From an uncultured Aminicenantes bacterium (GTDB lineage: Bacteria > Acidobacteriota > Aminicenantia > UBA2199), in NCBI GenBank assembly GCA_965195285.1, contig CBDAFS010000040.1, positions 32,791 through 96,790 on the forward strand: a DNA stretch of 64,000 bases. The letters are read 5' to 3'. A program made the position numbers and the translations under genes. Positions 19,357 to 29,181 of this stretch are shown one piece after another (within the stretch, counting starts at the first letter, position 1; every line of letters begins with the position of its first letter). A model generated the notes under the pieces. The model made no database searches. It saw only the letters and a list, made by a program, of their open reading frames with translations, and was not told where the DNA came from.

Positions 19357-19953
19357 TTACATCCAGTACCTGGCACTTCCAAAGGCGATCAGGGTAACCA
19401 GCATTCCAATGATTACTGAAATGACGATAGCAATAACAATGGTACCCACAAAATAACCGACCGCCTTATCCTGAAGCGGTTCTTTCAGGTCCTTAATCCC
19501 GGTATACAAAAGATACAGGGAATAAAGCCCGCCAATGAAAGCCAGAAAACTGATATTGGGAATCAAATAAAATATACCGGCCACCCACATGGCGGTGTAG
19601 GCATAGACGGCAACTTTCATCGAAGCCACCATATCTTTTTTTGAACCAAATGATGGGGCCAGTGCATCGATTACAAAACCAAGCAAAAATACACCCACCA
19701 GTGAAAAGATATAACTGAAAACTGCCCATAATATACTATTCCCAAACGGAGCTCTGACCGTAATACCCAGAAATGATCTCCCGATCACGATCCAGCCCAG
19801 GAAACCGGCAACGGCGGGAATGGCAGCCAGAATAATGGCATATTTAACAAACAGATCCTGAATGGTGGCGGATTCGCCTTTAATGACTTTCCATTCATCA
19901 TTGGGTTTGGTTAAAATCGCTATCGCTCTTTTAATAATTGCATTGAAATCCAT
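19357..19953 (-). CDS. Yip1-domain membrane protein
   Basis: ILTKPNDEWKVIKGE, about five TM segments, IDALAPSFG. Confidence 0.85.
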   Translation of the reverse strand: MDFNAIIKRAIAILTKPNDEWKVIKGESATIQDLFVKYAIILAAIPAVAGFLGWIVIGRSFLGITVRAPFGNSILWAVFSYIFSLVGVFLLGFVIDALAPSFGSKKDMVASMKVAVYAYTAMWVAGIFYLIPNISFLAFIGGLYSLYLLYTGIKDLKEPLQDKAVGYFVGTIVIAIVISVIIGMLVTLIAFGSARYWM

Positions 19954-20059
19954 TCAAACCTCCTACGCTTTGATATTTACTATAACAGAACGAAAATCCA
20001 TTGTCAATTTTACCGAATTCTTTCATACCCGGTCGATATTGCCAGGATAAAACCGGGAA

Positions 20060-20827
20060 TCAGGCCAAATAGACATTCACCATTGCTTGCAGTTTTGTGA
20101 AATGGCTGCCCTCCCAGTATATTTTCCCGCATAATCGGCATATTGAATAGTTCCGGCACCAGGCTTGAACCTTGGGAGGAATTTTTTCCCGGTTTGATTG
20201 AAACAAATCAGTATTTTCATCCAAAGATATCAAAAGTCCGTTGCAGATCAGACAACGGGTAAAAGGTTTGCAGATATCCCTCAATCGGAGGCGACTCAAT
20301 ACTTCAGGTACCTGCATTTCCGGATCCGTACTCCGGATATACAACCCTTTCTTAATGATTTTCCGCATCAGCAGATGGCGGTCCCGGGTCAGCAACATCC
20401 GGTCTTCTTTGGCTGAAATCGAGGCCAGATCAAGATCCGTCCATTTATTGCTATAAACAGTATCCAATCCCAGCAATCTCAATTTTCGAACCAGGGATCC
20501 CAGATGAACATCTCCGAGAAATTTGACTTCATTCGGATTCAGATGGTCAGCTGACCGGAGATCTTTAATAGAAAAAGGATAAACTTCAATCCGGACTGGC
20601 TTTGAAACCATCTGAAAAGAATCAACAGGCATCCCATCCAATTTGATATTGCCCACCTCGGTGTGGGGGATTCCCATTGATTCGATCAAATCTTTTATTG
20701 ACCTGGCCATTTTCTGGCTTAGTTTTATGGACTTTTCCCGTTCGGATTGGGGTAAAAAATCATTCAATTCATGAAAAAAAATGACCTCAATTTCAAATTC
20801 CATCATGTCTTCGGACTGGTTTGGCAT
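20060..20827 (-). CDS. Mut7-C RNase-domain protein with N-terminal ubiquitin-like domain
   Basis: SIKDLIESMGIPHTEV, DVHLGSLVRKLRLLGLDT, RCLICNG and CRLCGKIYWEGSH motifs. Confidence 0.92.
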   Translation of the reverse strand: MPNQSEDMMEFEIEVIFFHELNDFLPQSEREKSIKLSQKMARSIKDLIESMGIPHTEVGNIKLDGMPVDSFQMVSKPVRIEVYPFSIKDLRSADHLNPNEVKFLGDVHLGSLVRKLRLLGLDTVYSNKWTDLDLASISAKEDRMLLTRDRHLLMRKIIKKGLYIRSTDPEMQVPEVLSRLRLRDICKPFTRCLICNGLLISLDENTDLFQSNREKIPPKVQAWCRNYSICRLCGKIYWEGSHFTKLQAMVNVYLA

Positions 20828-22189
20828 TCAGGGCCGACATGCCCAAAACAACCGTTTTGGATTTCGGTGGGGAAATGAAGGCTTCCTGCCGTAGAGCAAA
20901 TCATCAAAGAACAATGCAATTCTCTGATTGATGGGATTTCTGGAAATATAGAATCGAATCAGCCGGTGAAACAATGTGTTCGGTTTGGTATAAGGGCAGA
21001 CCCGAATGCAAAAACCGCAGTCCGAACCGATTTTTTTCCAGAAAGAAAAGCAGCGCTCCTGGTTAACAGACCAGTGCTGAAATCCCCGGCTGGAAGGCTG
21101 ATCACCGGTAGCAATGGATTTGGTCGGACAATTCTCAGCGCATTTCTTACATATCCTGCAGAAATCATCAATATGAAGGGCTTCTTTCGCGGTTGGCAGC
21201 AGCTCCAATTCAGTGGTCACCACCGAAAGCCTTACACAGGGACCGTAAGTCTTATGCACCAGAATGCCCATGCGACCGAGTTCACCCAGGCCAGATGAGA
21301 CGGCCAGGGGAACACAAAGCGTTTCATAATTCCCATCACTGTGGGCCCGGGCATCATATCCCAAATGCCGTAGATACTCGGCAATTATATAGGCAATCTT
21401 TGCTGCCTCCACATATTGACGGGAAGATTCGAGTATGGCCGGTAAGGCCGGGGCATGAGTCATCATGTTCACATCCATGGCCACCACAATGACAATGGCC
21501 ATCTTATGATGATTATCAATGGGTTTCCCCCAATCTGAACCATGTCGGCCGGCATGACTGTATAAATGATAAGTCTCCAATGGCGAGATTCCCACATCCA
21601 CAGCCCCATAATAAAGGGCTATTTTCTTTAAAATCCCGGTTACGGTTGCCGGATCGATATCCTGCAGACGGGGTTTTACCTCGCCCCTGGCAAAAGGCCT
21701 TATTCTATCCAGAAACGAAAAGGCGGCATCAAAAATCGGAGAATGCTCAGGATCAAAATAGGTATGGGACGTATCTCCCAGTTCAGGCTGGCGATGAATC
21801 TTTTCATCCACCGCCTTCTTTTCAGGATGACGTGAATAATACTTTTGGTGCAATTCAGCATGGAATTTCAGATTATTCCGTGAGAACATGTGATCCCGTT
21901 CATCAAACTGCTCTCTTTGGCTTGGCGGGATATCAGGCTTCCGGGGAAAATATCGGATACATGCAATCAGGAGAAAAAAAGCCAGGAAAAACACCATTCC
22001 GAGGTTCAAATAAAATACCCAGTCCAGGCGGGAAAATAATAGAAATGTAATCCAGGCCATCATATTAACCAGAAATCCCATTGTCAAAATGAAAGTCGCT
22101 CTCATTTCCTTCTCATGCCAGGATGAAACCGTCATCAGTAAAAAAAGGCATGTCGTCACTGTCATCAAAAAAAGATTAATCATTGTCAT
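20828..22189 (-). CDS. Membrane-anchored reductive dehalogenase-like cobalamin / 2x[4Fe-4S] protein
   Basis: Three N-terminal TMs, DERDHMFSR, GAVDVGI, GLGELGRMG, GPCVRL, CRICKKCAENCP and C...CGFCIRVCP motifs. Confidence 0.85.
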   Translation of the reverse strand: MTMINLFLMTVTTCLFLLMTVSSWHEKEMRATFILTMGFLVNMMAWITFLLFSRLDWVFYLNLGMVFFLAFFLLIACIRYFPRKPDIPPSQREQFDERDHMFSRNNLKFHAELHQKYYSRHPEKKAVDEKIHRQPELGDTSHTYFDPEHSPIFDAAFSFLDRIRPFARGEVKPRLQDIDPATVTGILKKIALYYGAVDVGISPLETYHLYSHAGRHGSDWGKPIDNHHKMAIVIVVAMDVNMMTHAPALPAILESSRQYVEAAKIAYIIAEYLRHLGYDARAHSDGNYETLCVPLAVSSGLGELGRMGILVHKTYGPCVRLSVVTTELELLPTAKEALHIDDFCRICKKCAENCPTKSIATGDQPSSRGFQHWSVNQERCFSFWKKIGSDCGFCIRVCPYTKPNTLFHRLIRFYISRNPINQRIALFFDDLLYGRKPSFPHRNPKRLFWACRP

Positions 22190-22713
22190 GATATTTTCCA
22201 GAATTCCTTTTTCTTAACCTGCAGGACCACATCGCTTCCACACAGATAGAAAATGGGAAGCACAAAAAAAACCACTTCCATGGTAATAGTCCTTACATTA
22301 TGCCAGGAAAAAATGTCGCTCAAATTGCCCCTTAAAAAATTAGGAAAAATTCCAAAATTAAATAATTCATTCCAGAGAGGGAAAAACACCCTGAAACCAA
22401 CCGGCGCTACCGGATCAATGATTATCAGATCCAGAACCAGGTGTGAGACGGCAACTAAAAAAAGAGACAACCTTTCCCTTCCCGTTTTAAACACTCCGAA
22501 CAGAAATAGAGTGACAAGGCCGATGAAAAAAATATTATGGGTATATGATTGGTGAAGCTGTGAATCCCTTGAACCCATCAAAAGGAGAAAAAAAAAATCA
22601 ATATCCGGCAAATTGGAAACAAGGATAAATAAAAACAGGGTTTTTATATTCTTTTCGGATCCTGATTTTTGCCAACCCAGAAGACCAATAGCTGAATGTA
22701 CGATGGGCGTCAC
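22186..22713 (-). CDS. Membrane-bound metal-dependent hydrolase (YdjM/YbcI-like)
   Basis: TPIVHS, SNLPDID, HQSYTHN and SHLVLD motifs. GTG 22713 follows a GAGG RBS. Confidence 0.85.
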   Translation of the reverse strand: MTPIVHSAIGLLGWQKSGSEKNIKTLFLFILVSNLPDIDFFFLLLMGSRDSQLHQSYTHNIFFIGLVTLFLFGVFKTGRERLSLFLVAVSHLVLDLIIIDPVAPVGFRVFFPLWNELFNFGIFPNFLRGNLSDIFSWHNVRTITMEVVFFVLPIFYLCGSDVVLQVKKKEFWKIS

Positions 22714-22789
22714 GTTTCCCTCATTAACGGTTATTATACCATAATTGTTATCCGGATGATTGCCCGGCATTGGCATATTTGATATTATC

Positions 22790-25534
22790 ATGGAGATGAC
22801 CGAACTCCCCATAGATGGCTATCGCGATCACATCCGGGATGCCCTGAAAGAAAATCCGGTACTCCTCATTACCGCTGAGACCGGTGCCGGTAAATCAACC
22901 CGGGTGCCTTACTGGTTCTGGAGCCAGGGCAAAAAAGTAGCCGTTACCCAGCCCAGACGAATTGCTGCCAGATCCCTCTCATATTATCAGTCTCAGGTTA
23001 CCGCAACCAGATGGGGAGCCGATATTGGTTATCAAACCGGGTTTGACCGGAAATATTCCAAACAGACCCGATTGCTTTATTTAACCGACGGGGTTCAGAT
23101 GGTCAGGGAAATCAAAGGTCAGAGGAATTACGATGTGTTAATCCTGGATGAGGTTCATGAATGGAACCTTAATCAGGAAGTATTGATTGGATTGGTTAAA
23201 AAGGCCTTGGACAGTCAATACTTCAATAAAACCGGTCAGCGGGTCATTATCATGAGCGCCACACTTCATACCCAGAAACTATCGGGTTTTTTAAACCAGG
23301 CTCCGGTTATTTCGGTTCCGGGCCGTAGTTTTCCGGTGACCATGCACAACAATCATCCGGACTTCCTGCTCTCGGATACGGTGCAGATGGTTGAAATGGA
23401 AAAAAACCTGCTGGTGTTTCAACCGGGGAAAAATGAAATCAAGGCCTTTATTGCCCTTCTCAACCAAACCCTGGAACAGGACGGGCTGAAAGCCAAGATC
23501 CTCCCCCTTCATTCCGAATTGTCTATAAAAGACCAGGCCAGAGTTTTCCAACATTTTACAGTCCCCAAAGTCATTGTAGCCACGGATATTGCCCAGACCA
23601 GCCTGACCATAGATGATATTGATGCGGTTATCGACACGGGAATAAAAAAGGAACTCCGGGTGATCAAAGGTATTGAAGGCCTTTACCCCACAGACATCTC
23701 TTATTCCGAGTGCCTGCAGAGAGCCGGGCGAGCCGGGAGGGTCAAAAACGGTCAATATATCCTTTGTGCTGACCTGGGTCTCAAAGACCGACTGCCCTAT
23801 TCGGAACCGGAAATCAGACGGTTAAATCTTGAATCGGTAGTGCTCAGACTGATTAAATGGGGCCTGCCCCCCCTGGAATTTCCCTACTTTCATTCTCCCA
23901 AAAAAAACTTGATCTATAAAGCCATTAAACAATTGAAAATATTCGGCGCCATTTCCAAACAGGAGAAAATAACCCGGGATGGAGAAAAAATGGCAGAGAT
24001 TCCGGTTTCGATTCGCAGTTCAAGACTGTTAATGGAAGCACAAAAAACCTCTCCCGAAGTCATGGATAACGCTCTGAAATTGATCGCCATCCTTGAAACC
24101 AAGGGGATTGTCAACAAGGAATATCTGGGAGAAAAATATTATTCCGGCCCCGTCAACTCGGATTTAATCAATCAATTGTTTATATGGAATAACCCGGGAA
24201 CAAACCGCAAATCCATTAATCATAAAAAATTTTTCCTGGCAAAGGATATTTACCGGGAATTAAAAAACAGACTGGGAATCAGAAAAAGTTACCGGGGCAT
24301 CTCAGACCAAAACCTGAAGGCCCTGACCGGAGTCATGCTTTCCGCTTTTTTAGATCATGTTTATGTAAAGACGGGCAAGATGTATATCCGGGATAATGAA
24401 GAGCGAGAACTGGACAAAACCTCAGTATTGTTTCCGTCGCTACCGGACATCATAGTGGGGATGCCCTTCGATTTGATTATCGACTGGGAGAATCAGGATA
24501 CCGGGGAAAAAGAAAAAAAATGCCTGTCTCTGATTACCTTCGCTACTGAATTATCCGCTCAACAGCTTCATGAGCTTCAGCCTTACAGTTATTCCAAACA
24601 ACAGGAAGTAATCATAGAAAACAATCATTGCCGGGTAAAAAACACCCTGTTTTTCGGGGGGAGAAACATACTTGAATATGAAAGCAAACCTGACTGGAAT
24701 GACCCGGAACAAAAATCACTGCTGCTGCCATCCATTACCACCTGGCACGAGACCAACCGCCAACAGCTTAAATTTTACCTCAAACTGGATGAAGCCAGAA
24801 AATATTATCAACAAATCGAGAGACTGGTAACCCAGGCAAAAATCAGGATCTCCTCTTTATCATCTTTTGATAAACTCTGGAATCAATACCTGTTCCGAGA
24901 ATTACAAAATCATTTCAAGACCGATGATCTCAAACTTTTTTTCAATCTTCACCCCGGTTTTTTAAACCTGAATCTGAGTCAACTGCTTTCCCGGGAGATC
25001 ATTCGGGAACTGATAAAAATCAAATGGCCGCCCAAACTGGTAATCAATGAAACCGATTATATCCTGCACCGAATCAGAGATAAAGCCTATGTCAAATTGG
25101 ATATGGGTCAATTCGAAAAGATAAAAAAAGACAACCTGATGTTGCCAACCGGTGAGCAGACCGGATTAATACTGAATGACCGGAAATTCATGGACTGGGA
25201 TGTTGCCGTATACCATTTCAACCGATGGAAAAAAAGAAAAATCTTTGATACCAAATGGAGAAACCGGAAAAAGGATGTCCGGGTTGAAGACCTGGCCGAC
25301 ATTTCATTTCCGGTGAAATTCAAGTCCGGTCAAAGCAAGGCCAATATCCCATTTGAATTTTATTCAGCTCCCCATATTGAAGGAAGTGAGGTTTTTCTCA
25401 TTCATTTTTTCGAGGAAAAAACGGCCCAATCTTATTTTGAATCCATAAAGGATGAATGGACCCGGTTCCTTCAAAAATATGAAAAAGAAAAAATTGAAAA
25501 TGTTTTCAAAAAGAAAGGCTGGAAGGTCAAATAG
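22790..25534 (+). CDS. DEAH-box (HrpA/HrpB-like) helicase with an unrecognised C-terminal region
   Basis: AETGAGKST, TQPRRIAA, DEVH, SAT, ATDIAQTSLTI and QRAGRAGR motifs. Confidence 0.9.
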   Translation: MEMTELPIDGYRDHIRDALKENPVLLITAETGAGKSTRVPYWFWSQGKKVAVTQPRRIAARSLSYYQSQVTATRWGADIGYQTGFDRKYSKQTRLLYLTDGVQMVREIKGQRNYDVLILDEVHEWNLNQEVLIGLVKKALDSQYFNKTGQRVIIMSATLHTQKLSGFLNQAPVISVPGRSFPVTMHNNHPDFLLSDTVQMVEMEKNLLVFQPGKNEIKAFIALLNQTLEQDGLKAKILPLHSELSIKDQARVFQHFTVPKVIVATDIAQTSLTIDDIDAVIDTGIKKELRVIKGIEGLYPTDISYSECLQRAGRAGRVKNGQYILCADLGLKDRLPYSEPEIRRLNLESVVLRLIKWGLPPLEFPYFHSPKKNLIYKAIKQLKIFGAISKQEKITRDGEKMAEIPVSIRSSRLLMEAQKTSPEVMDNALKLIAILETKGIVNKEYLGEKYYSGPVNSDLINQLFIWNNPGTNRKSINHKKFFLAKDIYRELKNRLGIRKSYRGISDQNLKALTGVMLSAFLDHVYVKTGKMYIRDNEERELDKTSVLFPSLPDIIVGMPFDLIIDWENQDTGEKEKKCLSLITFATELSAQQLHELQPYSYSKQQEVIIENNHCRVKNTLFFGGRNILEYESKPDWNDPEQKSLLLPSITTWHETNRQQLKFYLKLDEARKYYQQIERLVTQAKIRISSLSSFDKLWNQYLFRELQNHFKTDDLKLFFNLHPGFLNLNLSQLLSREIIRELIKIKWPPKLVINETDYILHRIRDKAYVKLDMGQFEKIKKDNLMLPTGEQTGLILNDRKFMDWDVAVYHFNRWKKRKIFDTKWRNRKKDVRVEDLADISFPVKFKSGQSKANIPFEFYSAPHIEGSEVFLIHFFEEKTAQSYFESIKDEWTRFLQKYEKEKIENVFKKKGWKVK

Positions 25535-25598
25535 AATATTCCCCAAAAACATTTCCAAATATTCCTTTAAATATTACTGTGTGTCTGATCATATATCC

Positions 25599-25669
25599 GA
25601 CTAACATTTGAAATAACTGGTTTTGAAAACACACTTTTTTTCAAGATCCGGTTTATTGATTTGTTATGT
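25599..25669 (-). mobile_element. Integron attC site (71 bp)
   Basis: Minus strand: R'' ACATAAC, aaatc, L'' AATAAACCGG, atcTTGAAAA...TTTTCAAaa, CCAGTTATT, tcaaat, R' GTTAGTC. It is an imperfect palindrome with one extra base in L'' and lies 13 nt after the higA stop. Confidence 0.85.
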
Positions 25670-25682
25670 TTTTATTCATGCT

Positions 25683-26006
25683 TCAAACCATCTGCGAGAT
25701 ATCTCCATTTTTTATGCTTAATCTTTTTATCTTTCTGAGTTCTTTTTTCAGTATATTTTTCTTTTCTTCCAGATCATAATGTATCTGTATGTTTATCCAG
25801 AATTCAGGAGAATTGCCAAAATATTTCGAAAATCTAAGAGCGGTATCAACGGAAACACTTCTCTTTCCTTTAATAATTTCACTAACTCTTGTTTGATCTA
25901 TATTCGTTTCTTTGGCTAATCGATAGGCTGTTATGCCCATTGGTTTCAAAAACTCCTCCAATAGTATTTCTCCAGGATGAATGTTAGGCATTTTATTCAT
26001 GATCAC
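25683..26006 (-). CDS. higA: HigA family antitoxin (HTH)
   Basis: IHPGEILLEEFLKPMGITAYRLAK...FWINIQ. The start may be ATG 26000. Confidence 0.95.
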   Translation of the reverse strand: MIMNKMPNIHPGEILLEEFLKPMGITAYRLAKETNIDQTRVSEIIKGKRSVSVDTALRFSKYFGNSPEFWINIQIHYDLEEKKNILKKELRKIKRLSIKNGDISQMV

Positions 26007-26023
26007 CCTCCCATGATATTAGT

Positions 26024-26305
26024 TTAGTGATAATCAGTAACCTCGATTTCATACACATTTCCATTTTTCCATTTAAAACAAATTCTCCACTGATCATTAA
26101 TTCGTATACTGTGTTGTCCCGTACGATCACCATCCAAAGCATGCAGTCGATTCCCTGGTGGAACTCGCAAATCATTTAAGTCAATCGCACTGTGAATCAT
26201 TATTAATTTCCTCCTGGCTGTTCGTTGAATATCGAATGGAATTTTTTTCGAAAATTTACCATTCCAGATCTTTTCAGTTTCCTTATCTTTAAACGAAATT
26301 ATCAC
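26024..26305 (-). CDS. higB: HigB (RelE/ParE superfamily) toxin
   Basis: DLRVPPGNRLHALDGDRTGQHSIRINDQWRICF...DYH; toxin precedes antitoxin. Confidence 0.95.
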   Translation of the reverse strand: MIISFKDKETEKIWNGKFSKKIPFDIQRTARRKLIMIHSAIDLNDLRVPPGNRLHALDGDRTGQHSIRINDQWRICFKWKNGNVYEIEVTDYH

Positions 26306-26311
26306 ATTAAT

Positions 26312-26351
26312 ATAATAGTATTATTAAATAGTATTGTCAAGTAATAGTATT
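26312..26351 (-). promoter_or_regulatory. higBA internal promoter with three AATA-C-TATT palindromic operators
   Basis: TTGACA(26340)-N17-TATTAT, 6 nt before the GTG (leaderless). AATAGTATT occurs at 26314, 26327 and 26343 on the + strand. Confidence 0.75.
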
Positions 26352-26379
26352 TAAAATTTATTTTTAGAATTAAACATAA

Positions 26380-26438
26380 CTATTACTCTACCCACGTAAT
26401 ATTTTTTTTATTATAAAGCTATTTTTTGGGGAAATCAA
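26380..26438 (-). promoter_or_regulatory. Promoter + attI-like platform 1
   Basis: TTGATT-N17-TATAAT, then 29 nt ending in TAATA and the crossover G^TT. Confidence 0.6.
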
Positions 26439-26450
26439 TTAAAACATGAT

Positions 26451-26479
26451 TTGTCTTTTCCCGTATTTCTTTGTATAAT
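26451..26479 (+). promoter_or_regulatory. Sigma70 promoter of serC
   Basis: TTGTCT-N17-TATAAT. Confidence 0.6.
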
Positions 26480-26522
26480 AAATACTTCTGTAAATCTTTA
26501 ACAATTAGGAGGAATTCCGAAC

Positions 26523-27593
26523 ATGTCAACCAAACATAATTTTTATGCCGGCCCCGCCATACTGCCCCATGATGTTTTGAAAAAGGCACAGGAAGAATTG
26601 CTGGATTTCAATGGGAGCGGATTATCCATCATGGAAATCAGTCATCGATCCAAAGATTTCGACCAGGTGGTGACCACAGCCGAGTCCAAAATCAGGAATC
26701 TTTTAGGTGTTCCGGAAAACTATTCGGTTCTGTTCTTACAGGGAGGAGCCAGCCTTCAATTCGGGATGATCCCCATGAATCTGCTGAAAGGTGGAATTGC
26801 CGATTATATCAATACCGGATCCTGGGCCAAGAAAGCCATCAAAGAGGCCAAACTTTTCGGTACGGTCAACATTGCTGCCAGTTCAGAAGATAAAAACTTT
26901 TCTTATATACCCAAAAACATTCACTTTTCACCCGATGCGGTTTACGCCCATATCACCTCCAATGAAACCATCGGGGGCATTCAATGGAAAACATTTCCGG
27001 ATACAGGTAATACACCGTTATTTGTGGATATGTCTTCGGATATTTTCAGCCGGAAACTGACCGTATCCGATTTCGGGATCATCTATGCGGGAGCTCAAAA
27101 GAACATAGGACCTGCCGGCGTTACACTGGTCATTATTCGAAATGATCTGGTTGATTCCGGCGCGGATAACCTGACCTCAATGTTAAGTTTCAAGACCCAC
27201 GTGGACAAACAATCCCTCTACAACACCCCCCCCTGTTTCGGCATTTACATCATCAAGCTGGTGATGGATTGGATCGAACAACAGGGTGGCATTCAGGCCA
27301 TAGAGTCCACCAATGAAAAAAAAGCAGGATTGTTGTACGAAAGCATAGATAATAGCAATTTATATCAGGGAACAGCAGAAGTTCAGGATCGATCTACCAT
27401 GAATGTCACCTTCCGGTTGACCTCGGAGGATCTGGAAAGCCGGTTTATTAAAGAGGCAACCGAAGCCGGATTTATGGGACTCAAAGGCCACCGCAGTGTG
27501 GGCGGCTGCCGGGCCTCAATTTACAATGCCATGCCCCTCGAAGGAGTTGAAAAACTGGTAGAGTTTATGGCCCGGTTTGAGAAAAAACTCTAA
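26523..27593 (+). CDS. serC: 3-phosphoserine aminotransferase
   Basis: NFYAGPA, EISHRS, YAGAQKNIGPAG and GHRSVGGCRASIYNA motifs. Confidence 0.97.
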   Translation: MSTKHNFYAGPAILPHDVLKKAQEELLDFNGSGLSIMEISHRSKDFDQVVTTAESKIRNLLGVPENYSVLFLQGGASLQFGMIPMNLLKGGIADYINTGSWAKKAIKEAKLFGTVNIAASSEDKNFSYIPKNIHFSPDAVYAHITSNETIGGIQWKTFPDTGNTPLFVDMSSDIFSRKLTVSDFGIIYAGAQKNIGPAGVTLVIIRNDLVDSGADNLTSMLSFKTHVDKQSLYNTPPCFGIYIIKLVMDWIEQQGGIQAIESTNEKKAGLLYESIDNSNLYQGTAEVQDRSTMNVTFRLTSEDLESRFIKEATEAGFMGLKGHRSVGGCRASIYNAMPLEGVEKLVEFMARFEKKL

Positions 27594-29095
27594 CTATCAG
27601 CAGGAATAATTTTTTCAAACATTCTTTTTTCTTGTTTTATTGAGTACATATCCACACCTTTTTGCAGATATGAAATCAGAAGATCCACCACTTTGCTATA
27701 GGATGAATGCCCGGGATCTTGGTGATCAAAGCGATAGGCACTGGCCATATAGTTGTTCATCCCGACCGTATAGGTTTTGTCTTCATCCAGTTCATTATTG
27801 CCGGTGGTTTTTAACTCCACCGCCAGCAGCTTTTTTTTCCTGCTGACAATCACCGTGTATTCAAGCCCGGAAACCTGCAAATCCAGGGGCTTAATATGTT
27901 CATAATCAAAACGGATCAAGGACCTGATTTCTTCCAATGTCATTTCAAACAGCACGACCTCATTGTCAAAAGGATCAATCGCATAGACATCCTTCATCCT
28001 GACGGTTTTGAACAACCGATTCAACCGGATTCCGCCGGAATTATAGAAAACCACATCCAGATTAAGCGTGTGCCGGATAGCGTCGGTGATCAGATTGCCC
28101 ATTTCCTTCTTTCCCTGCAACGGTTCCGGAAGCCTGGCAATAATCCGATTCAATTCAGGGTTATCCATAAATTCTTCAATCATTTGTTTAACTTCGGGTG
28201 CTTCGGATTCAATCTGTTTCAAATCGATCAATTCAGCCATTTTTCCGGTCAATTGGCCGTTAACAAAAAGCAATTCGATTCGACCCAGATACTTATTCCT
28301 TGATCCGGCCTGGACAATGAGGACTCCGTTGATTTCACCCGGTTCTTCAATAACCGAATGGGAATGTCCCCCGATAATCAGATCAAGTTCGCCCAAATTC
28401 CGGGCCAATTTCTCATCTTTATAGTAACCCAGATGGGTCAGGGCCACAAACATATCATTATCCTGCCCTATATATCTGTATTTCAGAGCCGTCTCTATTT
28501 CATCAGTGAAAACAATGCCCTCAAAGTGTTTTGGATTGCTGTCCGGAATTTTGGTAGTCCTGGAAATCTGGAGCAATCCCAAAAATGCAATACTCAAGCC
28601 TTCGGCCGTTTTCAGGACCGCAAAGGGTTCTGGCTGGGGGATAATGCCATTTTTAACCTGTATATTGGCACAAATAATTTTAAATTCGGCCCGGGACATG
28701 TAATCTGCCAGAACCTGCTGCCCGTAATCAAATTCATGATTACCCAGTACCTGGAGATCACATCCGACTTTGTTCAGCAGTTTCAGTATGGGTTCTCCTT
28801 TGGGAATATACCGGTCCACATAGGGATTACCGCTGAAATTATCACCGGCGCTGACAAAAAACACATTGGGACATTTTTCCCTCTCCTGATTGATCACACT
28901 GGCAATTTTGGCAAAATTGGCGATTTCACCATGAACATCATTCACATGAAAAATAACCACCCGAACTTCGTTTTTACCGGTCCGGAATAATGGAAATCCG
29001 TCCCGGGAAAAAATCCCGTAAAACAACACCGTCAATACGATCCCGATGGAACCATAAACACCGATTTTTACGTATTTTTTTCGCGTATTTCTCAT
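27590..29095 (-). CDS. Bifunctional metallophosphatase / 5'-nucleotidase (UshA-like)
   Basis: HVNDVHG, AGD, GNHEFDYG, GGHSH and NSGGIR motifs. Confidence 0.92.
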   Translation of the reverse strand: MRNTRKKYVKIGVYGSIGIVLTVLFYGIFSRDGFPLFRTGKNEVRVVIFHVNDVHGEIANFAKIASVINQEREKCPNVFFVSAGDNFSGNPYVDRYIPKGEPILKLLNKVGCDLQVLGNHEFDYGQQVLADYMSRAEFKIICANIQVKNGIIPQPEPFAVLKTAEGLSIAFLGLLQISRTTKIPDSNPKHFEGIVFTDEIETALKYRYIGQDNDMFVALTHLGYYKDEKLARNLGELDLIIGGHSHSVIEEPGEINGVLIVQAGSRNKYLGRIELLFVNGQLTGKMAELIDLKQIESEAPEVKQMIEEFMDNPELNRIIARLPEPLQGKKEMGNLITDAIRHTLNLDVVFYNSGGIRLNRLFKTVRMKDVYAIDPFDNEVVLFEMTLEEIRSLIRFDYEHIKPLDLQVSGLEYTVIVSRKKKLLAVELKTTGNNELDEDKTYTVGMNNYMASAYRFDHQDPGHSSYSKVVDLLISYLQKGVDMYSIKQEKRMFEKIIPADS

Positions 29096-29181
29096 TTGAT
29101 AAAACCCCGGGTTTCACCCTGCAATCGCCGGAGAACCGCCCTGGCGATCTGGTTCAAATAATATATGTTGGTGCTCATTGA

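Larger units (their letters stand above)
25605..26379 (-). mobile_element. Integron gene cassette carrying higBA (775 bp)
   Basis: Begins G^TTATGTTT (26380) and carries AAACATAAC at R''. Circularisation would restore a perfectly complementary R''/R' pair. Confidence 0.82.

Noticed and set aside
29124-29148. Small inverted repeat ATCGCCGG...CTGGCGAT between co-directional genes
   Set aside because: It is short, single-copy and has no U-tract; insufficient support for a function.
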